A stretch of 45,581 nt of DNA from Oleiagrimonas sp. (GTDB taxonomy: Bacteria; Pseudomonadota; Gammaproteobacteria; Xanthomonadales; Rhodanobacteraceae). Position 1 is the stretch's first letter. Each line of letters opens with the position of its first letter. Shown piece by piece: positions 34,215-43,963 of the stretch. The notes under the pieces were generated by a model. That model made no database searches. It saw nothing but the letters and a program-made list of their open reading frames with translations, and was not told the origin of the DNA. The position numbers were made by a program, and so were the translations under genes. The stretch spans positions 1-45,581 of the forward strand of contig NZ_JAQIBU010000178.1 in the NCBI RefSeq assembly GCF_027858935.1. Direction: 5' to 3'.

Positions 34215-35276
34215 ATGAACATGCATATAGCCGCCAAGCATCCGTCGCCGGAGATGATCCTGCGCCCCGATTTCGCCGCCGCGATCGGCAACACCCCGCT
34301 GATTCGCCTGCGCCGGGCCAGTGAGTCCACCGGCTGCGAAATCCTGGGCAAGGCCGAATTCATGAATCCGGGCGGTTCGATCAAGGACCGAACCGCGTTG
34401 GGCCTGCTCGATGATGCCGAACGACGCGGCCTGGTCCGGCCGGGCGGCACCCTGATCGAGGGCACGGCGGGCAATACCGGTATCGGGCTGGCGCTGGTCG
34501 GCAACAGCCGCGGCTATCGCACCATCATCATCATGCCCGAGACGCAGAGCGCGGAAAAAATTGCCGCCGTGCGCATGACCGGCGCCGAGGTGCGCCTGGT
34601 CCCCGCCGTGCCCTACAAGGACCCCGGACATTTCGCGCACCGGGCACGGGCCCTTGCCGAATCCATGAATGACCAGGACCCCGGCAGCGCCTGGTTCGCC
34701 AACCAGTTCGACAACACGGCCAATCGCGACCTGCACGAGAACACGACCGGCGTGGAGATCTGGGAGCAGACCCGCGGCCGCGTGGACGGATTTGTCTGCG
34801 CCAGCGGTACCGGAGGCACCCTGGCCGGCGTCGGGCGCGCACTGAAAGCGCGCAAGGCCGGCGTGCAGATCGGCTTGTCCGACCCCATGGGCTCGGCCCT
34901 GGCGCATTTCATCAACCACGGCGAGCTGAAATCCGAAGGCGGTTCCATCAGCGAAGGCATCGGCTCCAGCCGCATCACCGCCAATTTCGAGGACGCCCCC
35001 ATCGACCGGGCCTGGAGCATCCCCGACACCGAGTCGGTCCCGCTGGTGCATGAGCTGCTGATCGAAGAGGGCCTGTGCCTGGGAGGCTCCAGCGGCGTCA
35101 ATGTGGCGGGTGCCATCAGACTGGCGCGCGAGCTTGGTCCCGGCCACGTGATTGTCACGATCCTTTGCGATTCGGGCACGCGCTACCCACGCAAGCTTTT
35201 CAATCCGCAATTGCTTCACGAGAAGAACATTCCGGTGCCGGCATGGCTGGAGCAGGCGTTTACCGAAGCCGCCTGA
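34215..35276 (+). CDS. cysteine synthase (PLP-dependent O-acetylserine sulfhydrylase family)
   Basis: IGNTPLIRL, KAEFMNPGGSIKDR, EGTAGNTG, GTGGT, GGSSG, TILCDSGTRY; exact start uncertain. Confidence 0.92.
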   Translation: MNMHIAAKHPSPEMILRPDFAAAIGNTPLIRLRRASESTGCEILGKAEFMNPGGSIKDRTALGLLDDAERRGLVRPGGTLIEGTAGNTGIGLALVGNSRGYRTIIIMPETQSAEKIAAVRMTGAEVRLVPAVPYKDPGHFAHRARALAESMNDQDPGSAWFANQFDNTANRDLHENTTGVEIWEQTRGRVDGFVCASGTGGTLAGVGRALKARKAGVQIGLSDPMGSALAHFINHGELKSEGGSISEGIGSSRITANFEDAPIDRAWSIPDTESVPLVHELLIEEGLCLGGSSGVNVAGAIRLARELGPGHVIVTILCDSGTRYPRKLFNPQLLHEKNIPVPAWLEQAFTEAA

Positions 35277-35848
35277 ACCTTGCGCCAAAACGGATGATGG
35301 CGAATGCCCGGTTGCGTTCATGCCAGAACGGATATGCGCGTGTGTCCGGTTGCTGCGCTCCCTCGCGCGCCATGAACACGACGAAACAGGAACAGCGTCC
35401 TGCAGAGCGCATGCAGCGTCCCGTTCCTGTTGACCAGAAGTGTCGTTCTGGCCTGGGATCCATGTGATCGCAGCAGACCGTTGCATGCATGGTCTACTGC
35501 GAACGTGGCAACCCGCGCACCCATCGCCACACTCACCGCACCGGCAGACGCAGCAATCTGTGGCCCGTCACCTGGTCGCGCATGGTCGTGATGCCGCAGC
35601 CGTTCGCATGGAGCGGCGCTGAGGCCCACGCAAGGCTTCTAGTGAAGGCATGACAAACACTACCAACCTTGTTTGCGGCCTGACGGCCCCGTCTTCTCCT
35701 GTCCCAGGGACCAAGAGCACGGATTCCAGGCCCATGACGACGCTTGCAAGGAAACTTCAGGCTGTGTTTTAGCATGCTGCGCAATACCTTGCGCCCCAGC
35801 GACACATGGAATAATGATAATGTTTCGCATCGAAGCCTGGGCATCTCA

Positions 35849-38800
35849 ATGTTCGCTAGGCAGTACGAAGTTGAACAGATCGAACCGCTTGAGTTGCGCA
35901 GACTGCTCAAGCTGCAGCGGGACATGCTTGATATCGTCGCAAAGCAGCAGCCGCTGCGCGGACGGCTGGATGCCATCTGCTCTCTTTTCGAGCAGACAGT
36001 GTCCGGCATGGTGGCCATGGTCATGCGCCTCGATGACTCCGGCCGGTTGCATTTTGTCAGCGCCCCGAATGCACCGCAGGCAATCCTCAAGCGTCTGGAC
36101 CAGGTGAAGCCTGGACCTGAATCGGGTTCCTGCGCACATGCTGCGTGGTCCGGTGAACCCACCTACGTGAGCGATGCCGGAAGCGACAAGCGATGGTCGT
36201 CCTTGCAGAGCATCGCCAGGATGCACCGTATTCATTCGTGCTGGTCGTACCCGGTGCGTGACCGCGAACAGGAAGTCATCGGCACCTTCTCCCTGACCTC
36301 GTTTGAATCCCGGCTTCCCGATGCATTCCAACGCCTGCTCCTGGATCTGGGCGCGAGCGTGGTCGGCCTGCTCTTTGACCAGGACCGCGAAGCGCTGGAG
36401 AGCGCCAGGCGTGACGAAACCCTGCGCCGCATGGCCCTGGTGGCCGACGCCACGGCCAACGGCGTGCTGTTTATTGATTCGAGCGGCCATATCGAATGGA
36501 TGAACGCCGGCATGCAAGCGCTTTTCGGTCGAACCGGGAGGAGCATCATCGGAACACCGGTCGGCGAGTTCCTGTCTGGCCCCAGAACGGATATGGATCG
36601 GCTTCGGACGCTGCAGGCCGCCATTCTCCATGGCGAGCGTTTCTCGGACACCCTGGTCCTGACCGACAAGAATGGCCATACCCTCATCAGCCAAGTCACC
36701 TGTACGCCGCACCAGGGCGAAAACGGCGACTACAAGGGTGTGGTGGCGATGTTCGTGGACGTGACCGGGCACAAGCGCCTGTCCGAGTTCAATGTCCTCC
36801 TGGCAAAAGTCAGCGAGGCCATCGCCCATGAGAACGATCCGACCGCGGTCCTGCAGACCATCTGCGATCTGGCGGTGCAGCATGCCGGGCTGCGCCTGGC
36901 ATGGATCGGCATCCCCGACCCGAAAACGGGATGGTTCCATGCCGTTGCCAAAGCAGGTATAGGCATGCCTTATCTGGACGAAGTCCACATTTCGGCCGAC
37001 CCCTTGCGGGCAGAAGGCCAGGGACCGGGGGGTCGGACCTGGCGCGATGGAGCAAGTTACTACAACCGCTCGTTCGAACACGCCCCCAGTCTCGCACCGT
37101 GGGCCCATATTGCGCGGAAATTCAAGTTTGCAGGCAGTGCGACTCTGCCGATCCAGCGTGGCGGACAGATGTGGGCCGTGCTGATGGTCTACCACGAGCA
37201 ACTGGACTCGTTCGACGACGCCCTGCGAAACGTGCTGGAAACCCTGGCCGCGAACATCTCGCGCGGTCTGGACCGGATCGACCTCACTCAGCGCGAGCAT
37301 GACGTCCAGGCGTTGAACCAGTCCATGCTCGACAGCGCAACGCTGGGCGTCACCCTGATTCGAAACCGCATCATCCTTCGCGCCAACCAGCGCGCTGCGG
37401 AAATTCTGGGTGCCACGAGCACGCACGATCTGGTGGGGAAAGATGTCACCACCCTTTACCCGTCAAGGGAGATCAGTAACTCGGTCGCCGAGCGCATCCG
37501 CGAAGCCTTTCGCCAAAACAACCGCGCGATCCTGGAGACTCCGGTGCGGCGTCTGGATGGGCGCATCATCTGGATGCGCCTGGACGGGGCGCCGTTCGAG
37601 CACGAGGGGTTCGACGAAATCTGGACCTTGGTCGATGTCACGGAGCAGCACGAGGCCGTCGAGAGTCAGGCACTACTGGCCAATGCCCTGATCGCCGTCG
37701 GAGAAGGGGTCCTCATCACGAACGCGGACCAGAAGACGATCTATGTGAACCCGGCCTTCGAAGCACTGACCGGTTATGACTTCGAAACCATGCGCGGGCA
37801 AAACTGCAACGTGCTGCAGGGGCGGGAAACCGACCCGCAAACGAAAACCCTCATCCGCGAATGTATACAGAACGGCAAGCCCTTTGAGGGCGAAATCCTC
37901 AACTACACCCGACAAGGCAAGGCATTCTGGAACTTGCTGACCATCAATCCCTTGCGTGACGAGGCCGGAAACATCACCCATTTCGTCGGCGTGCAGCGCG
38001 ATATCACGGAGATGCGCAATCTCAACCAGCGCCTGGCCTATCAGGCATTCCACGACGAGCTGACCGGGTTGCCCAACCGCAGGGATCTGGACCGTCACCT
38101 GACCGATGTACTCAAGATCTCGACCGAGCAGGGCAAGGGCGTTGCATTGGCAATCATCGATCTGGACGACTTCAAGACCATCAATGATTCGCTCGGTCAC
38201 AAATATGGCGACGAGTTGCTGAAATCCGTGACCGGACGCTTGAAGACAAGAATGCATCCAGGCGATTTCATTGCCCGCCTGGGCGGAGACGAGTTCGTCA
38301 TCGTGTTCTCCAACCTGCCCGATAGCGGACGCGAACACGAGATCAGGAGGCGCGTTCTGGATCTGGGAGAAAGTTTCGATGCCCCCTACGAAATCAAGCA
38401 CGGCCATGCCGTGGAGATTGGCCTGAGCATGGGTGTCGCACTCAGTCCGGAGCATGCATCCGAGGGCGGCACCCTGCTTCGCCTGGCCGATGAAGCCTTG
38501 TTCCAGGCCAAGCAGAACAAGTTCGAGCGCACGCATTGGTGGGCCATTTACGGCTCGGATGAGGCCGAATACGCTGCGGTGGAACAACCCATGGATACCT
38601 ATGGCGAAGCCGCTGCGGACATCCTGGAAAAATCCGTCGCTCCGCTGGGCCAGGTCCTGGGACCCTTCGTTGAGGCGTTCTACAAGGAAATGGCCGCCGA
38701 CGCCTATGCAAAGCTCATCCTGATCAACCTGGGTGAACACGATTTCGCTCACCTGAAGCATCAGCAAGTCCGTCACCTGACCTTCCTGACGGATCCGAAA

Positions 38801-40603
38801 ACCACGCACGAGGTGTTGATCAAGGCCAGCATGAATATCGGCCGCATCCATGCCTTGAGTGGCGTTGACAGTACCTTGCTGATGCGCTGGATGACGTTCT
38901 ACCAGGATCTGGTCAGCAAGCATTTCAACGCATTGCCGATGGGTGCCCGCCAACGCTATCGACTGGTCCAGTTGGTCGAACATCGGCTTCAGGACGACAT
39001 GCATGCCCAACTGCAGGCTCAGGAGCAGCTGCATCTACAGTACATGCATACCTTTGAACAGCCCATGCCGCAGGCGGGAAACTCCTGGAACGAGGCCATG
39101 CTGGCAGAGTCCGAACGGATATCCAGCCTGCCAGGTGTCAGCTGCGTCCTGGTCATGCGCCAGAACACGCAGGACCGATACAGCATCGAGAGCGCCACGG
39201 GCCCCACTGCACAAAGGGTCACCAAGGCCTTCGAAGACCATTTCGGAGGGAGCAACCCGGCGTCCATCCTGCCGCCCGAGGACACCCGTCTTTCCAGGGC
39301 CTGGCAAACGGCAAGCATCCAGCACCTGACGTCCTTCAGCGTTTTCAGCGGTGACAATGCCAAGGCGCGCGTGGCCTCGGAGATGCTGTCGATCGGCATC
39401 CGTTCGGCCACCTACATCCCGGTCCTGGACGAAAACAAGCAGCCTGTGGCTCTCATCCTCGTGATGGGGCATTTTCCAAACCAGTTCAACGGCAAGGAAA
39501 TGCAGTACTTTACCCGCAGCCTGCAGCAACGCTGGAGCGAGATCTGGTTCCGCATCACGCGGCCCTCGCCGCCCATCGCGCAGGAACTTGGAATCGAATA
39601 TCGTCGTCAGTTGTTCAAGGGCGGCCTGCGCATGTTGTTGCAACCGGTCGTCGAACTAGGCAGCGGCAAGCTGGTCAAGGCTGAAGCCCTGGCTCGATTA
39701 CAGCTTGAGGACGGCACACTGCTCAGCCCGGATGTGTTCCTGCCGTTGCTGCGGCATGCCGAACTGGACAGTCTTTTCCAGAAGGGCCTGGACACAGCGC
39801 TGGGCAGCCTTGTCCAGTTGCAGCATGCGGGTCTGGATATCGACCTTTCCATGAATATCGCACCCAGAACCCTGGCCAATCCCGCCTGCGAGGCATGGGT
39901 GAAAGAGTCCCTGCAACGACATCAAATCAAGGCTACGAACCTGACACTGGAAATCCTCGAAAACCAGCGGGTGGATCCCATGGCTCGCGATGACGGCGTG
40001 CGCCGACTGATGGTGCTGGGTGTGAAATTCGCCATCGACGACCTGGGGTCCGGCTACAGCAGCCTGCGGCGCCTGGCCAGCATGCACTTCAACGCCATCA
40101 AGGTTGACCAGACTCTGCTTTCCCGGATCCGTATGGATCCGATCCAGACCGTCAGCCTGGTCAGCGCCGTGATCCAGATTGGCCGCGACTTCGGTAGCGA
40201 GGTGATTGTCGAGGGTCTGGAGCACATCGGCATGATCGAAGTCGCCCGGCTGCTCGGTGCGCAGTTTGGCCAGGGATACGCGATCGCGCGACCGATGCCG
40301 GCCGATGCACTGCCCCACTGGTCGCGCACCTACCTCATGACCGGACTGCACGAGTCACTCAATACCATGCTGGGTGCCCTGGCCTTCCAGTGGCTTTCCG
40401 TTCGCCACGAATCACTGCACACCCATGCGCTGGATACCTGCCCCCTGACCCGACTGATCCAGGAGGGTGCACAGGAACTGGAATACGCGCTGGCCCTGCA
40501 TCGGACCATCCATTCCAATCCGCACGACTTGGTGGCCGCCAGGAAACTACTGGAATGGCTGGAAGGGGAAGTGCGCAGGGACGCCTTGTCACCCGCAACC
40601 TGA
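35849..40603 (+). CDS. multi-sensor diguanylate cyclase/phosphodiesterase (GAF-PAS-GAF-PAS-LOV-GGDEF-globin-GAF-like-EAL)
   Basis: GSCAHAA..GEP.YVSD GAF; PAS/PAC motifs; GQNCNVLQG...NY...FWN...GVQRDIT; DELTGLPNR and ARLGGDEF; globin-like FVEAFY...LKHQQ...IGRIHALSGV; AEALARL, DDLGSGYSSL, VEGLE, GQGY. Start uncertain (35744 or 35849). Confidence 0.9.
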   Translation: MFARQYEVEQIEPLELRRLLKLQRDMLDIVAKQQPLRGRLDAICSLFEQTVSGMVAMVMRLDDSGRLHFVSAPNAPQAILKRLDQVKPGPESGSCAHAAWSGEPTYVSDAGSDKRWSSLQSIARMHRIHSCWSYPVRDREQEVIGTFSLTSFESRLPDAFQRLLLDLGASVVGLLFDQDREALESARRDETLRRMALVADATANGVLFIDSSGHIEWMNAGMQALFGRTGRSIIGTPVGEFLSGPRTDMDRLRTLQAAILHGERFSDTLVLTDKNGHTLISQVTCTPHQGENGDYKGVVAMFVDVTGHKRLSEFNVLLAKVSEAIAHENDPTAVLQTICDLAVQHAGLRLAWIGIPDPKTGWFHAVAKAGIGMPYLDEVHISADPLRAEGQGPGGRTWRDGASYYNRSFEHAPSLAPWAHIARKFKFAGSATLPIQRGGQMWAVLMVYHEQLDSFDDALRNVLETLAANISRGLDRIDLTQREHDVQALNQSMLDSATLGVTLIRNRIILRANQRAAEILGATSTHDLVGKDVTTLYPSREISNSVAERIREAFRQNNRAILETPVRRLDGRIIWMRLDGAPFEHEGFDEIWTLVDVTEQHEAVESQALLANALIAVGEGVLITNADQKTIYVNPAFEALTGYDFETMRGQNCNVLQGRETDPQTKTLIRECIQNGKPFEGEILNYTRQGKAFWNLLTINPLRDEAGNITHFVGVQRDITEMRNLNQRLAYQAFHDELTGLPNRRDLDRHLTDVLKISTEQGKGVALAIIDLDDFKTINDSLGHKYGDELLKSVTGRLKTRMHPGDFIARLGGDEFVIVFSNLPDSGREHEIRRRVLDLGESFDAPYEIKHGHAVEIGLSMGVALSPEHASEGGTLLRLADEALFQAKQNKFERTHWWAIYGSDEAEYAAVEQPMDTYGEAAADILEKSVAPLGQVLGPFVEAFYKEMAADAYAKLILINLGEHDFAHLKHQQVRHLTFLTDPKTTHEVLIKASMNIGRIHALSGVDSTLLMRWMTFYQDLVSKHFNALPMGARQRYRLVQLVEHRLQDDMHAQLQAQEQLHLQYMHTFEQPMPQAGNSWNEAMLAESERISSLPGVSCVLVMRQNTQDRYSIESATGPTAQRVTKAFEDHFGGSNPASILPPEDTRLSRAWQTASIQHLTSFSVFSGDNAKARVASEMLSIGIRSATYIPVLDENKQPVALILVMGHFPNQFNGKEMQYFTRSLQQRWSEIWFRITRPSPPIAQELGIEYRRQLFKGGLRMLLQPVVELGSGKLVKAEALARLQLEDGTLLSPDVFLPLLRHAELDSLFQKGLDTALGSLVQLQHAGLDIDLSMNIAPRTLANPACEAWVKESLQRHQIKATNLTLEILENQRVDPMARDDGVRRLMVLGVKFAIDDLGSGYSSLRRLASMHFNAIKVDQTLLSRIRMDPIQTVSLVSAVIQIGRDFGSEVIVEGLEHIGMIEVARLLGAQFGQGYAIARPMPADALPHWSRTYLMTGLHESLNTMLGALAFQWLSVRHESLHTHALDTCPLTRLIQEGAQELEYALALHRTIHSNPHDLVAARKLLEWLEGEVRRDALSPAT

Positions 40604-40760
40604 GTCATCCGGCTGCCGCTTCGACCCTTGCATGGCCTGGCGGGCTGTAAACCGGAACATCGTGCAACCAGGCAAGCACCAAGACGGCAACTCCAAACGA
40701 TCCGGGGTCGCGCCAGCAACCACTGAAGTTGCAACGGATCGTTCCACTGAACAGGGAACC

Positions 40761-41732
40761 ATGATCATGATTTACGAAAACATCGTCGACACCATCGGCC
40801 GCACTCCCATCGTGCGACTGCAGCGCATGGCCCCCCAGGGCATCGAACTGTTCGTGAAGATTGAATCCTTCAATCCCGGCGGCTCGGTCAAGGATCGGCT
40901 GGCCCTGGCGATCATTCTTGATGCGGAGCGGAGCGGCGCACTGAAGCCCGGGCAAACCGTGATCGAGGCCACCAGTGGCAATACCGGCGTCGCCCTGGCC
41001 ATGCTCTGCGCCGCTCGCGGCTATGGCTTCGTTGCGGTGATGAGCGAAACCTTCTCGGTCGAACGGCGCAAGCTGATCCGCGCCTATGGCGGTCGGGTAA
41101 TCCTGACGCCGGCGGCTGCGCGCGGCAGCGGCATGGTGGAAAAGGCCAGGGAACTGGCGAAAAAGCACGGCTGGTTCCTGTCCCGGCAGTTCGAGAATCC
41201 GGCCAACCCCGCCTATCACCGCGCCACCACCGCCAGCGAGATCCTGGGCGACTTCGCCAATCGCCGGCTGGACGCATTTGTTTCCGGCTGGGGCACGGGC
41301 GGCACGCTCACCGGCGTCGGCGAAATGCTCAAGGCGGCGCGGCCGCAGGTCCGCGTGGTGGCCACGGAGCCGGTCGGCGCCGCCCTGCTCAAGGGTGAGG
41401 CGTGGCAACCGCACAAGATCCAGGGATGGAACCCGGACTTCATTCCTGCGGTGCTCAACCGCAGCGTGGCCGACGAGATCATCACGGTCAGCGACGAGGA
41501 GTCGCGTGACACCTCGCGCCGATTGGCCCGCGAGGAAGGGATCTTCGCTGGACTTTCGGCCGGCGGCACGCTCGCCGCGGCGATGAAGTTCGCAGCCAGC
41601 GCAAGCGAAGGAACCGCCATCCTGGCCATGCTCCCGGATACAGGGGAGCGCTACCTCAGCACATTCCTGTTCGAAGGCATGCCCGAAGGTTCGGACGATG
41701 AGTGGCTGGCCAGTCTGGACGGATCGGCCTGA
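40761..41732 (+). CDS. cysK: cysteine synthase A
   Basis: TIGRTPIVRL, ESFNPGGSVKDR, EATSGNTG, RQFENPANP, PHKIQGW, LPDTGERYLST. Confidence 0.92.
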   Translation: MIMIYENIVDTIGRTPIVRLQRMAPQGIELFVKIESFNPGGSVKDRLALAIILDAERSGALKPGQTVIEATSGNTGVALAMLCAARGYGFVAVMSETFSVERRKLIRAYGGRVILTPAAARGSGMVEKARELAKKHGWFLSRQFENPANPAYHRATTASEILGDFANRRLDAFVSGWGTGGTLTGVGEMLKAARPQVRVVATEPVGAALLKGEAWQPHKIQGWNPDFIPAVLNRSVADEIITVSDEESRDTSRRLAREEGIFAGLSAGGTLAAAMKFAASASEGTAILAMLPDTGERYLSTFLFEGMPEGSDDEWLASLDGSA

Positions 41733-41782
41733 AGTAGTCTGGGGGACGTCGTTACACCAGCATCCTGCCCCGTGTAACTCAT
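41732..41782 (-). pseudogene. probable N-terminal stump of an integron integrase
   Basis: GGAGGG SD followed by MSYTGQDAGVTTSPRLL, divergent from attI in the position expected for intI; resembles (from recall) IntI N-termini that precede 'PRLLDQVR'; ends at the cysK stop codon. Confidence 0.5.
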
Positions 41783-41924
41783 ACACCCTCCATGTGCCGC
41801 ATAACACCGACAGCTTACGAGCACCCGAAGAGCGAGCGAATAATGCAATCGCTTGTTCCAAGGTAGGAATTGCCTGATTGTAGGCACACACCAGATGCGC
41901 AATACTCGGTGCAACGCCTCACCA

Positions 41925-41947
41925 TGAGGCCGAATAAGCGTTAGAAC
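41925..41947 (+). other. probable attI recombination site
   Basis: CCGAATAAGC-G/TTAGAAC; GTTAGAACC (41940-41948) is the exact reverse complement of GGTTCTAAC (42436-42444) at the end of cassette 1; no attC hairpin upstream. Confidence 0.65.
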
Positions 41948-41949
41948 CT

Positions 41950-42489
41950 ATGAAAAAGATATTCGCCCTATTGTTGCTAACTTTCGTTTCGTTGCCCGCG
42001 TACGCAGATTGGGGAGAGGTTGGAGCCGCCGCACTGTGCGCAGCTAACGGGCAATCATTTGAGCTCGCGCCAACCTTGGAGACATCTGGGTGGGGCGACA
42101 TACCCGCCCCTCCGGGTGCTCACAAATTTCCCATTGGAGCAGAGCAACATTATCACTGCAAGGTCGGTAGTAGCCGCGTATCGTTGATCATAGATGTTTA
42201 TCCTCCGGGCCAAGGTATGGGCGAGGGAGCGGGTGTTATTACGATAGAAAAATTAATGGTAGACAAAAAAATACTTCTAACTAATACTTATTTTAACTGG
42301 CAAGTTTCGAGCGAACCAGAGCTTAGTCGAGTTGCAATTGAACACACCAAAAATGGTATTGTCGAACAACTTTGCTATGCCGCAGATACAACTAATCCGC
42401 AATCGCATACACACTGTGATACCAAGCAGATAAGCGGTTCTAACGGTTCGTTCAAGCGGACTGGCGGAAAAGCGCCGCCAGCCGCTTAA
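41950..42489 (+). CDS. integron cassette 1: secreted hypothetical protein
   Basis: Signal peptide MKKIFALLLLTFVSLPAYA; AT-rich; stop codon lies inside attC1. Confidence 0.8.
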   Translation: MKKIFALLLLTFVSLPAYADWGEVGAAALCAANGQSFELAPTLETSGWGDIPAPPGAHKFPIGAEQHYHCKVGSSRVSLIIDVYPPGQGMGEGAGVITIEKLMVDKKILLTNTYFNWQVSSEPELSRVAIEHTKNGIVEQLCYAADTTNPQSHTHCDTKQISGSNGSFKRTGGKAPPAA

Positions 42490-42503
42490 CTCAAGCGTTA
42501 TGC
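42438..42503 (+). other. attC site 1
   Basis: TTCTAAC-N5-GTT(C)AAGCGG(A)CTGGCGG...CCGCCAGCCGCTTAAC-N6-GTTATGC; hairpin with two extrahelical bases. Confidence 0.92.
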
Positions 42504-42522
42504 CCCAGAATCACCACTATAG

Positions 42523-43248
42523 ATGACCCGAGAAAGAATCCTCGCCGAGATCGCTAGGACTGCCGACGAGAATGGCGGCGTCGCTCTCGGCCGTGAGCGG
42601 TTCTATCAAGAAACAGGCATCAAAGAATCCGACTGGCTCGGAAAATTCTGGGTGCGTTGGTCTGACGCCGTGACGGAAGCGGGATGTACTCCAAACTCGT
42701 GGAATGTACCGCTGCATGAAGCCGATCTGCTCGGGAGCTACGCCAGTCTTGTGCGCGAGCTTGGCCATATCCCTGTGGTTGCAGAGCTAAAGCTCAAGTC
42801 CAAGCAAGATCCTGGCTTCCCAAGTCACAATACTTTCCGCCGTTTCGGCACTAAGGCTCAGCAGATCGCGCGCCTCATTACACATTGCGAGGCTTCGCCC
42901 GCGCTCGCGGATGTTCTCGCTATAGCGCGTTCCAGTCCAGCGAAGAGCGAAGCCTTGGCACCGCTGCCAGAGGACAATACTTGTCGAGAGGCAGCAGGTT
43001 ATGTCTATCTGCTGCGGGTAGGCCCACACTTCAAAATTGGTCGCAGCGTCTCATTTGAGCGGCGCTCCAGAGAGCTGGCTATCCAACTCCCAGAGCGAGC
43101 TGAAACAGTTCATGTCATAAGCACCGACGATGCAGTCGGCATCGAGGCATACTGGCATCGCCGGTTCGAGCCCAAACGCAAGAATGGCGAATGGTTCGCT
43201 TTGAGTGCTCAAGACGTCAAAGCGTTCAAGCGTCGCAAATTCATGTAG
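42523..43248 (+). CDS. integron cassette 2: GIY-YIG/T5orf172-like nuclease with N-terminal helical repeats
   Basis: C-terminal GYVYLL...FKIGRS...RR.RELAIQLP...IEAYWHRRF..KRKNGEWFAL; N-terminal repeats (WVRWSDAVTEAG; FPSHNTFRRFG). Confidence 0.8.
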   Translation: MTRERILAEIARTADENGGVALGRERFYQETGIKESDWLGKFWVRWSDAVTEAGCTPNSWNVPLHEADLLGSYASLVRELGHIPVVAELKLKSKQDPGFPSHNTFRRFGTKAQQIARLITHCEASPALADVLAIARSSPAKSEALAPLPEDNTCREAAGYVYLLRVGPHFKIGRSVSFERRSRELAIQLPERAETVHVISTDDAVGIEAYWHRRFEPKRKNGEWFALSAQDVKAFKRRKFM

Positions 43249-43252
43249 TGGG

Positions 43253-43315
43253 GCATAACCAGTCGTTCAATCGGACGCGCGAAAAGCCGCGCGCCGCTTA
43301 ACTCCAGCGTTATGT
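43253..43315 (+). other. attC site 2
   Basis: GCATAAC-N5-GTT(C)AATCGG(A)CGCGCG...CGCGCGCCGCTTAAC-N6-GTTATGT; TGGGGCATAAC is complementary to the cassette start GTTATGCCCCA over 11 bp. Confidence 0.92.
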
Positions 43316-43336
43316 CGCAAGGGGGGAGTTCGCCAC

Positions 43337-43846
43337 ATGCTGGCATTAGGTAGCTCGCGCTGGACAGAATTGCAGCATGCCTATGGGTCTGCATCGGACA
43401 CGCCCGACTTACTTCGTAAACTTCAAAGCCTGCCGGATGCTGAGGGCGATAGTGAGCCATGGTTTTCTCTGTGGAGCTCGTTGGCGCATCAAGGGAACGT
43501 CTATTCGACTTCCTTCGCTGCAGTACCTCACATTGTTGAGGCGCTGTCGTCCGCCCCGGCCTCGGCTCCGTTTACATATTTCCATTTCCCCGCGTGGGTT
43601 GAGATCTGCCGCAAGAATGGTGGTGTATCCATCCCGCAGGATTTGGAGTTTTCCTACTTCGCCGCAATCGCAAAGTTGCCATCGCTCGTCGCCGCTGCAG
43701 CCGCGCGACCTTGGGATTCTGAATTCACCGCATGTGCCTTGGCGGCGGTCGCCGCAGCGAAAGGTAATGCTAAAGTTGCCGAGGCTGTGTTGGAGCTCAC
43801 TCCCGAGGTAGCAGAAACCTTTCTTGAGTGGTTCTTCGCGCAGTAG
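43337..43846 (+). CDS. integron cassette 3: hypothetical helical protein (W..L.HAYG.A.D.P.LL type)
   Basis: GGGAG SD; ORF fills the space between attC2 and attC3. Confidence 0.8.
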   Translation: MLALGSSRWTELQHAYGSASDTPDLLRKLQSLPDAEGDSEPWFSLWSSLAHQGNVYSTSFAAVPHIVEALSSAPASAPFTYFHFPAWVEICRKNGGVSIPQDLEFSYFAAIAKLPSLVAAAAARPWDSEFTACALAAVAAAKGNAKVAEAVLELTPEVAETFLEWFFAQ

Positions 43847-43848
43847 CG

Positions 43849-43905
43849 GCATAACCACTCGTTCGAGGCGGACGGCTCCGCCGCCGCTCAACTCAAGCGT
43901 TAGCG
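43849..43905 (+). other. attC site 3
   Basis: GCATAAC-N5-GTT(C)GAG(G)CGG(A)CGGC...GCCGCCGCTCAAC-N6-GTTAGCG. Confidence 0.9.
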
Positions 43906-43963
43906 CCCGTTGTGTAGCACCGCGCGAGAACGAAATGTCATTTGCACCTAGGGCTTGCTTCAC

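Noticed and set aside
41790-41940. An additional attC upstream of cassette 1
   Set aside because: GCATAAC near 41799 is not followed by an L''/L' hairpin, so the site at 41940 is treated as attI.
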